Positions 1 through 15,266 are shown, counted from the first letter of the stretch. The stretch: DNA of 64,000 bases from the human T2T-CHM13v2.0 reference genome, Homo sapiens (GCF_009914755.1 NC_060945.1), one strand, 5' to 3'. Numbers and translations: made by a program. The notes: generated by a model not told the origin, from the sequence alone.

Positions 1-184
1 TCTTTGTTTATAAATATATTTATATACCAAAATATATACTAACATAGCAACTGAATCAGTTGGACTATAAGACTGTAAATGAGTTTACCTGTTTTCAGTT
101 TGTTTGTATCTTTGTATCTTAATAAAAATAAATAATTGGATTAAATGAATTATAAAAGAAAAGATGAGAATTTATTGTTTTAGA

Positions 185-429
185 TCATTCACTCATTCTT
201 TTATTCATTGATTTATTTAGTAGGTGTTTATTGAATACTGTGGTTTAAAAGCAATGTCAAAAACTGGATGGTATATTTCAATAAGCAAAGTGACTAACTC
301 TTTCCCTTTATGAACTACACAGTTAATTAGAAGATAATCTTTTATACAAGTTCATAAAGAAATACACACTTTGATAGGAAGAAAGACCATAATTTAATCT
401 GTGACATAAAAGATGAGACCTGAATAATA
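185..429 (-). mobile_element. L2 3'-end fragment, interrupted by the MST element
   Basis: cattcactcattc...gtttattgaatac is the reverse complement of the L2 (TGAA)n tail. Confidence 0.5.
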
Positions 430-434
430 CAATA

Positions 435-2866
435 TGATTTAGTTTGTATCTTTGTCCCCACACAAATCTCATGTTGGATTGTAATCCCCAGTGCTAGAGG
501 TGGACCTGGTGGGGGGTGTTTGAATCATGAAGCAGATCCCTCGTGGCTTGGTGGTGTCTTCATAATAGCGTCTTCTCACAAGATCTGGTAATTGAAAACT
601 GTGTGGCACCTCGCCGCTTCTACTATGTCTCTCTCTTATTCCTGCTTTCACCATGTGATGTGTCTGCTCTTGCTTTGCCTTCTGCTATGATTGAAAACTC
701 CCTGAGGCTTCACCAGAGGCTGAGCAGATTCTAGAACTATGCTTCCTATAAAGCCTGCAGAATCATGAGCCAATTAAATCTCTTTTTTAAAATAAATTAT
801 CCAGTCTCTGATATTTCTTTAAAGCAATGCAAGAATGGCCTAATACAGAGAATTGGTACCAAGCAGGGGAACATTGCTATAAAGATAACTGAAAATGTGG
901 AAGCAGCTTTGCAGCTGGGTAATGGGCAGAGGTTGGAAGGATTTGGAGGGCTCAGGAGAAGAAAAATAAATGAGGGAAAGTTTGGAACTTCCAAGAAACT
1001 GGTTAAATTGTTGTGAACAAAATTCTAATACTGATAGACAGTGATGTCCAGGCTGCCAAGGTCTCAGATGGAAATGAAAAAATTATTGGGAACTGGAGCA
1101 AAGGTCACATATGTTAAGCCTTAGCAAAGAGATTAGTTGAACTGTGTTAATCCACTAGGGATCTGTGAAGTTAGAACTTCAGAGTGATCACTTATGGTGC
1201 CTGGTGGAAGCAATTTCTAAGTAGCAAAGCATTCGAGAAGTTTCCTGGCTGCTTCTAAGATCCTAACTCAGAAATAGGAGCAAAGACATGACTTAAAGTT
1301 TGAAGAATTTGTAGCCTGACCTTAGGGCAAAGGAAGAATAAACTTTTGTGGTGGGGTGGGGTGGGGGAGAGGAATTCAAGCAGACTATGGAATTACCACT
1401 TGCTAGAGCTATTTGCATAATTAAAAGGGAGCCAAGTGCTAATATCCAAGATAATGGGGAAAAATAACTTGAAAGCATTTCACAGACCTTCACAGGAGCC
1501 CCTCCTTATCACAGGCCCAGAGGCCTAGAAGTACAGAATGGTTTTGTAGGCCAGGGCCAGGACCCTGCTATCCTGCATAGCCTCAGTACAATTCTCCCCA
1601 CACCTTGGCTACTCCAGCTCTAGCCATGGTTCAAAGGGGCCCAGGTACAGCTCTGGCTGCAGCTCTAGAGGGAGCAAGCTGTAAGCCATGGTGGCTTCCA
1701 CATCTTGTTAAGCCTGTAAGTGTGCAGAATGCAAGAGTGAAGAATATTTGGCAGCCTCCATCTAGATTTCAGAGGATTTATGAGAAAGTCTGGGTGCCAA
1801 GGAAGAAGCCTGCTGCAGGATCAGAGCAAGCTCTTACAAAGAACCTCTACCAGGGTAGTGCCAAGGGGAAATGTAGGGTTGGAGCACTCAAGTAGTCCTC
1901 AATGGAGAACTGCCTAGTGGAGCTGTGAGAAGAGGACCTCCAATGCCTGGAAAAGCCACAGGCACTCAATGACCTGTGGAAAGCAGTGACAGTGGCTGCA
2001 CCCTTTAAAGCCATGGGAGTAAAGCACTTTGCAAGCCACATGGGCAGAACTGCCCAAGGCCCTGGGGGCTCACCCCTTGCACCATGTGCCTTGGATATAG
2101 GATATGGAGTCGAAGGAAATTATTTTGGAGCTTTGAGATTTAATGACAGCCCTGCTGGGTTTTGCATTTGAATGGGGCCTGTAGCCCCTTTCTTTTGGCC
2201 AATTTCTCCCTTTTGGAATGTGAATGTTTACCTAATGCCTATAGTTTTATTGTGTCTTAGAAGTAAATAACTCATTTTGATTCTACGGACACTTAGGTGA
2301 AAGGAACTCATCTCCAGAAGAGAGACCTTGGACTTGGACTTGGGTATTGGGACTTTTGAGTTAATACTAGAATGAGTTAAGACTCTGGGGGACTGATGGG
2401 AAGGCATTATTGTGTTTTGCAATCTGAGAAGGACATGAGATTTGGGATGGGCCGGGGCAGAATGATATAGTTTGGACATTTGTCCATGTCCAAGTCTCAT
2501 GTTGAATTGTAATCTCCAATATTGGAGGTAGAACCTGGTGGGAGGTGTTTGGATCATGGAGGCAGATTGTTCATGGTTTGGTGCTGTCTTTGTGATAATG
2601 AGTTCTTGAGAGATCTGATCATTTAAAAGTGTGAGGCAACCCCCACCCCCACTTTCCCTCATTCCAGCTTTTGCCATGTGACATATCTGATCCCCACTCA
2701 TCTTCCACCATGATTGAAAGCTCCCTGAAGCTTCATCAGAAGCTGAGCAACTACTAGCACCACGCTTTTTGTAAAGCCTGCAGAACCATGAGCCAATTAA
2801 TCTTTTATTTATAAATTATCCGGTATCAGGTATTTCTTTATAGCAAAGCAAGAACAGCCTAAAACA
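435..2866 (+). mobile_element. Full-length MaLR MST (MSTA/MSTB) element: 5' LTR 435-847, internal 848-2462, 3' LTR 2463-2866
   Basis: TG...CA termini, two homologous ~410-bp LTRs, internal begins gagaattggtacc, exact TSD CAATA at 430-434 and 2867-2871. Confidence 0.92.
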
Positions 2867-2907
2867 CAATAGTTAGCTAAGAAAATTAGAGGTAGACCAG
2901 TCTAGGT

Positions 2908-3080
2908 CAGGAAGACACACTCTTGTCTGTAAAGGGCCACATTGTAAATATTTTCAGCCCTGCAGGGCATATGTTCTTTGTTGCAACAACCCTAGTCTAC
3001 TGTTGCTGGAGAAATGCAGCCACAGAGAAAACAGACAGCAGGCCAGATTTGGCCCATGGGCAGTAGTTAGCTGACCCCAA
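2908..3080 (-). mobile_element. MER58A-like hAT-Charlie MITE
   Basis: ctgtaaagggccacattgtaaatatttt...ggccagatttggcccatgggcagtagttagctgacccc matches the reverse of the recalled MER58 consensus. Confidence 0.75.
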
Positions 3081-3164
3081 GCTAGGCAAAGAGCAATTTA
3101 GGTATGTCTGAAAACCTTGATGCACAAAATCTGCATGTGTGGTTTATGAAAACATACCACGTTC

Positions 3165-3372
3165 ATTCAGCACTGTGCCTGAAACTGAAAATATATTTAA
3201 ATTTATTATCTCATTCAATCCTTACAACAATTTGATTGAGTGGGTAATATTATTATTTCCATTTTACACACAGGAAAATAGAGCCACAGAAATATTAAGA
3301 AAATTGCCACCAGTTACATATTTGTAGATGACAGTGATGGGACTCAGGCAGTTTGACTCCAGGGACCACACT
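3165..3372 (-). mobile_element. MIR
   Basis: ctcattcaatccttacaac...cattttacacacaggaaaatagagcc...ggcagtttgactccag MIR core. Confidence 0.75.
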
Positions 3373-5789
3373 TGTAAGAGATGTTCCAAAGAAAATAAAG
3401 CTGTAATTCTAGTTGAAATACTAAATTCTCTATTAATTTTGAATAATTGAGATTATTACACTACTTCTTTCTACCCAGAAACACATTTCCTTGCAGTTGT
3501 TTGTGTCTTATTTTATATGTTTCCATATTACTTTATAGATTTCTTCGTATGGGACTTAAAATTTTTATTTTTTATTTTAGTGTTTTAAAATTCTGTTACA
3601 GTTTTTATCACTAATATAAAGCAACTATTTATTTGCACTTTCAATTTAAATGTTTACTGCAAAATAAGTTTAATTGTTGATTTCAATAAAATGTTTATAT
3701 TTTTCCAATATTTAGGATATTATTTGCTATTCTATTTTGTCACTTTAGCTTTCTTTTAAACATTTTAATTTGCTTAGTTTTTGAGAATGTGTGCTGTAGT
3801 TTATCATTTTTGTAGCAATTATTACTAGAATCATACCTTCTTAACTCCTTTAAAACTTAGATTAAATAAATAATGTTGATTTGCTAACTATAAAATAGCA
3901 TTGCCTTTCTATAATAAATCTTTTTCGTCATAGTGCACCATTATTTCAATACATCATTGTTGTTATAAACATGATTTTATTTGGGATACATTGCTTCTTC
4001 TCTTTCTCTTTTCTCTAGCTCATATTTATCCTAGTTTCAAAATACATACTTTATTTGTTATTTTTCTTTGATCATTAAGAAAAATTATTGATTTTTAAAA
4101 ATTTTATTAAAGGTTCCCATTTTTCCTTACCTTGCTCTCTTCATCCAATTCAGACTTTTTTATATGAAAAAAAATTAAAAGAAATGAAAGAACCAGATTA
4201 CCTGAAAAATAATTTTCCCAACCTAACTCCCCTATTTCCTCTTTACAATAAGACCTCCTCTCCAAAATTAAAGCACACGTTTTGCCTTACTCCTGCTTCT
4301 GCTTTCCATCCTATTCTAATTCCCTCATGAGAACATGAAAATTTGGTAAAAGCTTTGCTAACTCTTCATCTCCAACCCAAGTCCTATTTTCTAGGTTTGG
4401 TTGAAATCATTAAATGCTTTTACTGTTATTACAATGACCCCTAAGTATATCCTTTTAGTTTCAAGGCTCTGTATATTTAACCCTTATATTTATATTCTTT
4501 TTATATACTTCCACGTTCTCACTATTTCCTCTTCATCTTTTCTTATTTTGAGTTTGTGTTCTTGCACATTTTGGGTATAGCATAATCATTTCTCATGTGT
4601 TTTTCTGACATGCGCAATGGATGTTATGCTTCCTCAATCTTGGCTTATCCTCACATACCATACCTTAACTCATGAGTTAGCTCTGATGGTTAACTATTTT
4701 GATGGCCATTCAAATCTTGATTGTATCCTTTTTTCTCAGTACTCTTTAGAAATAATTTCTATTGTTTTTATTGACATTTAATGAAGTAAATGTCAGTTCT
4801 GTTCACTGAGTCTTTTTTTTCTTTCCCTTTTTGATGTTTTTTCTTTTTATGCAAGTTACTATTTAATTTCAGAGAGTCATTAGATGTTGTAATTGAGTAA
4901 CTATCCCCTTTTTATTCATGTTAATACCCATCTTCTCTAACAACTTCATTTTTTGTGTACATTATTTGTTTATACAGATTGATCTTTCTCTCTGATACAA
5001 GGTCCTCTGAGATAGTTAACTTATTTTGTTTTATAGTAGCTTATGTTTTTCAAGCCCCTATGCTATATTTCATGCCTAATTGCTGGATTGCCTTCAAAGG
5101 TGGCACAGTTAGGTGGTGACTATGGTTTCTTCTACATGGGCTGTGGTGGACAGGAAACCAAGGAATTTAGCTCCTTGAAGAGGAATGTATAACAAGGCCC
5201 TGGTACCCCACATTCCTAGTTCAAGATCTTCTTCTGCAGGTAGAACTTGGCCTACTCTTCAGCAACCTCTTCCACTGTTATATAATAGAAATGATGCAAC
5301 TTGGTGACATCATTGTAGACTTCCTTACCTCCAAATCTGAAGTCAACACATCTGTTATGTTCAAACTCTGCTCGACATATGCATCTCTAGGTTTTGCCCT
5401 GGGGTCCTCATTGCCACTATCTAGGTCTTCATCTGGCCCTTAGATACTAAAGTCTCATATATTTTTCCTTCAAAGGGTTCTTAGTAGAGTCCAAAGATTC
5501 CACTGTAGTCAGATGACTACATGTCCCAGCATCTATATTTAGAAGAAAAAGATAACTTAGAGATAGGAAAGAAGAGCAATAGATTTGAATTTAGCTGTTT
5601 CTATGTCCAGATTTCTCCTTCTTAGAAAGACTGATGTGAACATCTAAAATAAAATTACAGTAATTTAAATGTTGATAATACTGCTATTTAAGTGTGCCCC
5701 TAGTCCTTTAAGATATTCAATTCCAACAAAGTCTGAGATGCAGAAGTAATAATACATATAATGATCAATATCTAATATTATATGATGGC

Positions 5790-5990
5790 TAAGATTATTG
5801 AGCACTTATATAATGATAATTAATTTACATTTATAATTTATATTAATATTTACAAAACCTCTATGTTGTTGGTTCTACTACTTTCTTCATTTTACAGACA
5901 AAAAAAGAGAAACATAACTGGTAAAGAACTAAGTAAGTTACACAATGAGTAAGTGGATTAGTAGATTAGTAGAGACTTCAACTAATGCCT
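5790..5990 (-). mobile_element. MIR
   Basis: ttattgagcactta...cattttacagac MIR core. Confidence 0.6.
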
Positions 5991-7955
5991 GAAGTTTTTC
6001 TGCTTGGTGGTCCCCCAGCACAGCACGACCCAAACTAATTAATATACTCTAAGTAACATAATTCAAAGAGAATGAGCAAGAAAGCCTCTTCCCTAAAATA
6101 TTTCAGCTTTTATACTTATTATTTCTACTTTCTGTTTTTTCCTTACTTTGAAATTTCCTTAAAAATATTTGAGCAAATTAATGATGAACTACGTATCAAA
6201 GGCAATATTATTCTTTAATTAACAAAACTCCTTAGACTTTATTAACATATGTTACTAGTTATGACAGGTTGCATAAAGAAAACTTTAATTCCAAAATGCT
6301 GATCTATCTTTCATGTCTTCAGAAATTCTGTTTGCTTACAATTGCAATGGATATAACATGACCTAGTTTTTGAAAAAAATTTTTTAGTCCTTAATAATAA
6401 AGGGTGATATAATAAATCTATGACAATTAAAGCAGGTACAATGTTATAGTATTTTACCAAATAATTAAACAAGAGTTTTGCTCCTCTTATGTTCTTTGAT
6501 TGAACATCGTTTGTATTTTATAGGAAGACTTTCACATATTTGATCTAGTCTATGTGTAGAAGACACCTGGGAGATAGAAATTTTGGCTATGTGATAGAAA
6601 CTATGGTATTTAAACTTAATGGTGCACTTAGAAGCAACAAGGAAAAACTTCTTAGAAGGTTCTGTTTTTCTAGGAGAAATATGAAACTAAATATGCCACT
6701 TATTTTTGGGTATTCTAATGTGTTCTAATAATATCTCCAAATGGGAGGTAATTTCTATATTCCTGTGAGCTCTCCATTTTATCTATTTCTTTTGGAAAAG
6801 AGTAAATACTCCACACCTATAATGCCAAGTAGTTCTTAATTTACATTTTATTTATTATCTTTCTTATGGTTAGAGTCTATGTTTATAGGAATATTTTATT
6901 TTCGTGGCTCATTTCTGTCATTAAAACAGATAATGTAACTACAAAAAGGAATATGATTGAAAGAGAATTGTTTCTTTAAGGTTATTTCACAAAGATATTT
7001 TGAGACTTTTTTATTGTTTTTCTTAGATGGAAGGAAGTAGTGAAGAAGATTCTGTGGGGTTTCTGCTAATAAAATGATATAGTAGTCATTAGTTGTTTTA
7101 TGGTCATTTAATTGAAATCAAGTGTGCTACAGATTTATACTTTGAAGTATATGAAAATAAAAATGTGAGGTTAAATATTAATAGTCACTCCAACATCTGA
7201 AAGACACTGATAATTTGAATTAGTTTGTGAATATATAAAAGACACTTGTTTTTAGAAGTAGTTTAGGTGCGGAATTACAGAACTTGTTAAATAGAATGAC
7301 AGATGAGAGAGCAGCAGCGTCAACTTTAAGCTTTTTGGTTTAGATATCTGAGTCACTACTACCTCCCCTTAGAAAGATAGGGAGAGTCAAATGATAAATA
7401 GACTCTGGATGAGAGAAAATAGGCTTAGTTGTGGATTTTATCAGTGAGTGTGACTTCTGGGTGTTCATATAGGAATATCAGATAAAAACTTATAAAGGAA
7501 CGTGGAACTCAGGAAGAATTATTTTTTTCAAAGAGACCATGATCAACATCCAGAAATCAGATAAGATAAAAACTAGAAATAAGTAACTGGTTTCAATGAG
7601 TCACATGTGGAGTTAGAGAGAAGAGTTCAGAATGCTCTTAGCTGAAGTTCGGTAGAGAAGGAAAGAAAAAAGCAAAACCTAATTTTAAAGGTACAAGAAA
7701 TAAAGATAGGAAAGATGAAATAATATCTCCTTGAGGGGAAGAAAAGAAATATGGTTTAAGATTTCAACAGAAAAACTAAGAAGTTACAGCAAACAAACAA
7801 AACAAAAACCAGATAAATGAGAAAAAGGAGATCTTAGTGGTGAACTTTGATTTAAAATGGGAAGGCGCTGTTAATTTCCAATTTTTAGCCTAGTAGTAAT
7901 TGTTTATGAGCAATGAGAGGCAAGTCAGTAGTATACATTAGGAAGGTGGTAATAG

Positions 7956-8027
7956 TTTTTTGTTTTTTTTTGTTTTTTTTTTTTTTTGAGACGGAGTCTC
8001 GCTCTGTCGCCCAGGCTGGAGTGCAGT
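7956..8027 (-). mobile_element. Severely 5'-truncated AluY-like insertion (~40 bp plus tail)
   Basis: poly-T followed by gagacggagtctcgctctgtcgcccaggctggagtgcagt with CpGs intact. Confidence 0.9.
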
Positions 8028-8431
8028 TAAAATTTACATTGGAAAAGAAAAGAAAGGATATTAGAAATGAATAGTATTCAGAGCTCATCTGAATAAGCAA
8101 TCATTAATTTCCAATAGATTCAATGCTGTCCTGTAGGTTTATCCAGTACGCTTCCAACTAAGAGGAGCTGTTTTATTGATCCAAAGCCATTATATTGATC
8201 CAGAGTCAACAAAAGCAAACCGGTGGAACTTGCATAGGCATGACAATTAAGCTTGATGTCAAGAGAATGACTGTCATGAAAACTCCAGTAGGTAACACAT
8301 TCTTAAAGAACAGGGAGGATGTTAAAGTAAAGGAGGTTACAATGAGTTTGAGAAGGTTCCTCTTAGGAATAAACAAAGTGTATTCCACACATAAAGGAGG
8401 CCAGACAGTATATATATGTCTTTCTGGGTCT

Positions 8432-8780
8432 AGTGGTTGCCGGGGACTGGAGTGAGGTAGTAATGAAGAAATGTTGGTCAAACGGAAAAAATTTCCAGTT
8501 ACAATATTAATAAAATCTGTGGATATAATATATAGCATAGTGACTATAGTTAAAAATAATACTGTTTACTTGAAATTTGCCACAATAGTAAATCTTAAGG
8601 GTCCTCAATACACAGACATACATAAAAGAGGGTAACTATGTGTGGTGATGGTTGTGTTTATTAATTTAATTGTAATGTTAAACAATGTATACATATATCA
8701 AATCATCATGTATGAATCATGTATGTATAATTTTCATTTACCAATTACACCTCAATAATGCTGGAAACAAAAAATAAAAG
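8432..8780 (+). mobile_element. L1MA-type 3' end
   Basis: gtggttgccgggg...gtgactatagtt...ttgaaatttgc...caattacacctcaataa plus A-rich tail. Confidence 0.8.
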
Positions 8781-9996
8781 AAAGAGAAAGGCAGAAATAA
8801 AAAATGATTAAATTAGAGGAAAAGATGGAATATTTGGAACAGTTAAAGTTCTGGTAAAGTATATGCAGAAAATTACCTAAAGATATGAATGATAGGAAGT
8901 TGAAACTATTAATGGTCATTGTTATGTTCAGCACTGTGTTATGAAAAATTCCAAACGTACAGCAAAGTTGAAAGAATCTTCCCATGATATCTATACCAGC
9001 TATACAGGAATTTTCAGTTAACATTTTATTATAGTGCTTATCACATATGTCTTTATCCATCTTGCTATTCATTTACTAATTTGTCTCAGTGTTTCAAGAA
9101 TCTCAAAGGATATTTCAGGCAGCATACTCCTTTTCTGTAAAAACGTTAGGTACATATACTGAATTTCTCATAATATTTTGTAAACTTATTCTAGATTTCT
9201 TTTATGTATCAGTAACTTTGTTTTATTACTGACATTTTTAAAAGATGCAAAAAAGGCCTTTGATAAAATTCAACTGCCATCCCTGAGTGAAAAAAATCTT
9301 AGAAAAATAGGATTAGAAACAATATTTGTGTGTGTGTGATAAAAGATACCAACAAAAATCATACAGCAAATATTATATTACAGTGAAATATTGGAGGCAT
9401 GCCTCTTGAGATTGATAAAAAGAAAAGTTCGCTTGTTACCATCACTTCAGTTCAAGGTTGTACTAGATGTCCTTGCCAGTGGAATAAGAACAAACAAAGA
9501 AATAAACATATAAGGATTGAATGGCAAGAAATAAGACTTACTGCTTTGCCGGATTGCAAAATTGCATAGAAATTCCTAAACAATCAATAGATAAGCAATT
9601 GAAATTGATAAAATGATTTAGCAAAATCTTTGGCTTCATGGTCAATTTGTAAGTATTAATTTTGTTTCTATATTACCAACAACAAAAAATCAGAAAATAA
9701 AATAAAATTACTATTTGAATAACATCAACAACTTGTAAAAGACAGAAATAATTCTAAATGATAGGCAAAAACTTGCCACAGAACATATTTAAAAATTGAA
9801 AGTAATAAAAATCTCAAATAATTATATGTATTTTAATGGATTGATATACTTAGTATTTTAAGTTATTGTTTCTACCAAAATCTATACATGAATTCAACAT
9901 CATAATAGATAAAATCCCAGGAGTGTCTAAGAGTGTGTGTGTGTGTGTGTCTGCGTGTGTATGTGTGTGTGTGTGTAAAATTGATTCTAATATTGA

Positions 9997-10355
<359 letters not shown>

Positions 10356-11461
10356 TAATTTAGTATAAATTTATACTAATTAAAATAGCATGGTTAATTA
10401 AGACAATGTCATTTCTGAACAAAGATTAAAAATAATTGAATGAGACAGAATTGTCCAAAAGCAGATCTACACTCAAATAAGACTCTTTAATGATGACAAA
10501 AAAGGCACTACAGACTAATAGATAATTATGAATTTTAGCCCTGTCTCACATCAGACATTAAACCTCATTCAAGGTGGAGGGTGGAGGTAGAAAGTCTCAC
10601 ACAAGATAAAATCATAAAGCTTCCAGCAGATAGTTCAGGAGAAAAATGTCCTGAATTTGGAATAAGGTGACATTTCTTGAATAGGACAGTAAGTTCAAAA
10701 TATGAAGAAATTATACAACGTTTAAGTTAGAAAATTTTATTCATTAATAGTGATTATTAGCAGGTGAAATGCAGGATATAGAGAGATAGGACACATTTCT
10801 CACCTATTTAACACTCAAAAATCTAGTTCCAGTTTATATAGAGCTATTCTCTAAGTAATAAGGAAAAAAATGATAAATCAATCTTAAAAGGGGATAAAAA
10901 GCCTTAAATAGATATTTTACCAAAGAGGGGATCTACATATGCCATAAATATACAAACAAGTTCAAAATCTAATTAGTATCCAGAGGAAATCAAATTCAAA
11001 GTTCAATGAGATAGCACTATGCATCTACCAGAATAACTGAAAAGGTGGAAAACCCCATAATATGGAGTGTTTGAGGTAGCACAGCAACTGAAATTTACAC
11101 CTGCCTTTGGGTACAACAACTTGAGTAACCTCACTGGCATTAATTACAAACCTGAATATAGGCACATCATATGATCCAGTAATTTCATTCCGGCCCAGCA
11201 GAAACGTGCACAAAATCATGAACTTAAACACTAGCAACAGCATTACTAATGATAGTCAAATTAATTTTCTTAATAGTAAAACAGATAAGCAATGGTATTA
11301 TATATAATGTCATACAATGGATTACTATATAATTAATTTTCTTCAATAGTAAAACATATAAGCAATGATATTATATATAGTATCATACAGTGGATTACTT
11401 TACTGCAATAAAAATGAACAAACTATAGGTACACGATGTCTTGCTTGAATCTCATAAACAT

Positions 11462-11855
11462 TGCTATGGTTTGAATGCTTTTTTCCCCACTAAAATTTAT
11501 GTTGAAACTTAATCCCCAATGCAATGGTATTAAGAGAGGTGGCCTTCAGGAGGTAATTGAGTCATAAGAGGTCTGTCTTCATTAATGACATTAGGTGCAT
11601 TATAAAAGGGCTTGAAGGAAGGAGTTTACACCTTTTTGTTCCTGTTGTCCCTTTCACTATATAAGGCACAGGATTCCTCCCATCCAGGATAGCAACAAAG
11701 TGTCATCTTGAGTGCAGAGAGACTGGACCATCATCAATTGGTGACTGGATCTTGGACTTCCCAGTCTCCAGACCTCTGAGAAAACAAATTTCTGTTCTTT
11801 ATAAATTACCCAGTCTCAGGCACTTTGTTAAAGCAGTATGAACAAACCAAAACGA
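11462..11855 (+). mobile_element. MaLR solo LTR (MSTC/MSTD-like)
   Basis: tgctatggtttgaatg...ttctgttctttataaattacccagtctcagg. Confidence 0.8.
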
Positions 11856-12116
11856 ATACAACGGGTAAAAAGAGCAAAAAAAAAAAAAAAAAAAAAGAAA
11901 AGAAACTTAATATACAATCCCATTTATATAGAATTCAAAAGCTTCCAAATTAATCTATGATCATAAACTCAACTAATTGGGTTCTGGTGTTTTGGGTCTG
12001 GATGGTAGTTTAATGGACATGTTTATTTTTGATACAATTTATTAAGCTGGCCAATTTTCATGTATGCATTTATTTTTATATGTATGTATGTGTATTTGAA
12101 AAGTCATTTTATCAGT

Positions 12117-12855
12117 TGATATAGTTTGGATATTTGTCCCCTGAAAATCTCTTGTTGAAATGTGAGCCCCCATGGCCGGGCGCGGTGGTTCACACCTGTA
12201 ATCCCAGCACTTTGAGAGGCCCAGGCGGGCAGATCACAAGGTCAGGAGATGGAGACAAACCTGGCTAACATGGTGAAACCCTGTCTCTACTAAAAATACA
12301 AAAAAATTAGCCGGGAGTGGTGGCGGGCACCTGTAGTCCCAGCTACTCAGGAGGCTGAGGCAGGAGAATGGCGTGAACCCAGGAGGCGGAGCTTGCAGTG
12401 GGCCAAGATCGTGCCACTGCACTCCAGCCTGGGCGACAGAGCAAAACTCCGTATCAAAAAATAAAAAATAAAAAAAAAAGAAATGTGAGCCCCCAGTGTT
12501 GGAGTGGGTCCTAGTGGGAGGTGTTTGCGTCACAGGGGCCGATCCTTCGTGAATGGCTGGACGTCCTCCCTGTAGTTATGAGTGACTTCTCACACTACTA
12601 TTAGTTCCCTGAACAGTCAGTTTTTCCTCTCCACAATCTCCACACTCTTGCTCCCTCTGTTGCCATGTGACATGCCAGTTCCCCTTGACTTCTGCCATGA
12701 GTAAAATCTTCTTGAGTGCTCCACCAGAAGCCAAGCAGGTGCCAGCAGCATGTTTCTTGTATAGCCTGCAGAACTGAGAGCCAGATAAACCTCTTTGCTT
12801 CACAGATTACTCAGTCCCAGATATTCTTTATAGCCATGCAAAACAGACAAACACA
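12117..12855 (+). mobile_element. MSTB-like solo LTR split by an AluY
   Basis: tgatatagtttggatatttgtcccc...aaacaca; exact TSD TCAGT at 12112-12116 and 12856-12860. Confidence 0.88.
12174..12479 (+). mobile_element. AluY
   Basis: Full dimer with ggagaatggcgtgaaccc; 16-bp TSD gaaatgtgagccccca at 12157-12172 and 12480-12495. Confidence 0.95.
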
Positions 12856-14382
12856 TCAGTATTCAAAACATTCACTAGCTACCTTGCTTATAATTCTATC
12901 ATAATTATGTATTTTATAGTTTCATTTTCCTTGATCTTTATACTTTCTTTTCTCACCAAAAGTGGTATTAAATTTTCATTAAATTTAAAAACAGTTTAAA
13001 ATTATAATATTAAAAACTTATATGTTAAGAAAGACACATTTTTCAAATTTTCAATTTTTTTTTCTCCAATGCATGAGTAAAACATTCAGCTTACATATGG
13101 GGGCATCTCTCCGAGAACTTAGAATTTCAGAGTATCAGGTAGTAAAATGTTGAAAAGTTTTGAACATAATCTGCTAATTTAACTGATAAGGGAATGGTAG
13201 CCAAAATATCAAAGTGAGTGAAACACAGTTATATAATTAATACATGGCAAGACTCAAATTTGCTTTTCTGACCATAAGTTCAATATTCTGTTCTTTGGTA
13301 TTGTTTAATGCTTCCTAGAAACTTTCTTCAGATAGAAGGTATTTCTTTGATCTCCCATTTCTAAACTTGCTGCTTGTTGTACCTTAAGATGTGATCTTCA
13401 CTGGTTATAAAATTTCAGAAAGAAAAGTGCTTTGTCACTGAGGGTAAGCTTAAATGTAAGACTTGCATCTTTTCTCCATGTTTTCCAACAGGGATATACC
13501 AAGTCCAGAGGAGAATAATCAGTAAAAATGATTTTCTGTACAAATACAAAATGTAAGATTATATCAGAATATCAAATAACAAAAATAAAATTACTAACCA
13601 TGTTTTCCGTGGAGACTGTAGAAGGAAATAATGCATTTTCTGATCATTGTATCTAAATTTATAATACGGTGATATTGTTTTTTGTGCTACTGATATATGT
13701 TTTAAACATATAAATCAGACAATATTAAGAACATTCTAAAACTATTTACTAAGGCATCACTATGGTGAATATTTTTGTAAAGTAAAAACTCTTGTAACAG
13801 GAATAATCTTTCCTTAGTTCATCTGCTCGCATGTCTAGTTTTCTGAAATTTAATTTTACAAAACTGAAGAACAGTGGAAAAAAGATCTGAACAGATATCT
13901 CACCAAATAAGAAATCCAGATGGCAAATAAGCATATGAAAACATGATGAACATCATATGTCACTGGAATTTGCAAAGTAAAACAACCATGAGATAAAATG
14001 ACACATCCATTAGAATGGTTGAAATTCAAAACACTGACAACACAAACTATTGCCAAGGAGAGGATGTAACTGAACTCCCATTCATTTATGGTCAGAATGA
14101 AAAAGTGTACAACCACATTGAAAGACAGTTGGGCAGTTTCTTAGAAAGCTAAGCACCATCTTCTTGGTAAATATCCAGCAATAAAACTCCTAAGAATTTA
14201 TCCAAATGTGTTAAACACTTATGTCCACTCAAAAATCTACACATGGATGATCATAGCAGCTTTATTCTTAATTGCAAAAAAGTGAAAGCAACAAAGATGT
14301 TCTTAAATAGCTGAATGGATAAACAAACTGTGGTACATCTATACAATAGAATATTATTCAGTGATAAAAAAAGAAGTGAGCT

Positions 14383-14734
<352 letters not shown>

Positions 14735-14976
14735 TTAAGTGAAAGAAGCCAGTTTGAAAAGTCTACATAATGTATGATTCCAAGTATATGACATTCTGGA
14801 AAAGGCAAAACTGCATAGACAGTAAAGAAATCAGTAGATTTTTTGCACAGTGACACTTTTCTATATGAAATATATATATATATATGACATTATGCACTTG
14901 GCAAAACCCATAGAATGGTATAGCACAAAGAGTAAACCCTAATGTAAACTATGGGTGTTAGTTAACACTAATGTAA

Positions 14977-15177
14977 TGCTATGTATTAAACTGTATCTTC
15001 TGTCATTCATATGTTAAGGCCCTAACACCAAATGTGATGTTATTAGAAGATAGGGTTTTTAGGTAGGCTTTTAGGAGGTTATTAAGGTTAAATGAGGCCA
15101 GAAGGGTAGGGTCCTAAGCCTGTTGGATTGGTGACCTTATAAGAAGAAGTTCTCTTTCTGTTCCTCTCTCTCATTCT

Positions 15178-15231
<54 letters not shown>

Positions 15232-15266
15232 GCATACACCTTATGATAACTCTCCCCCTCCCCACA

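Noticed and set aside
2228-2701. 157-aa minus-strand ORF
   Set aside because: Antisense reading of the MST internal end and 3' LTR; no protein-like homology
8137-8291. Possible 155-nt plus-strand lncRNA exon (ctgtag|...ag|gtaaca)
   Set aside because: Weak polypyrimidine tract and donor; unsupportable without RNA data
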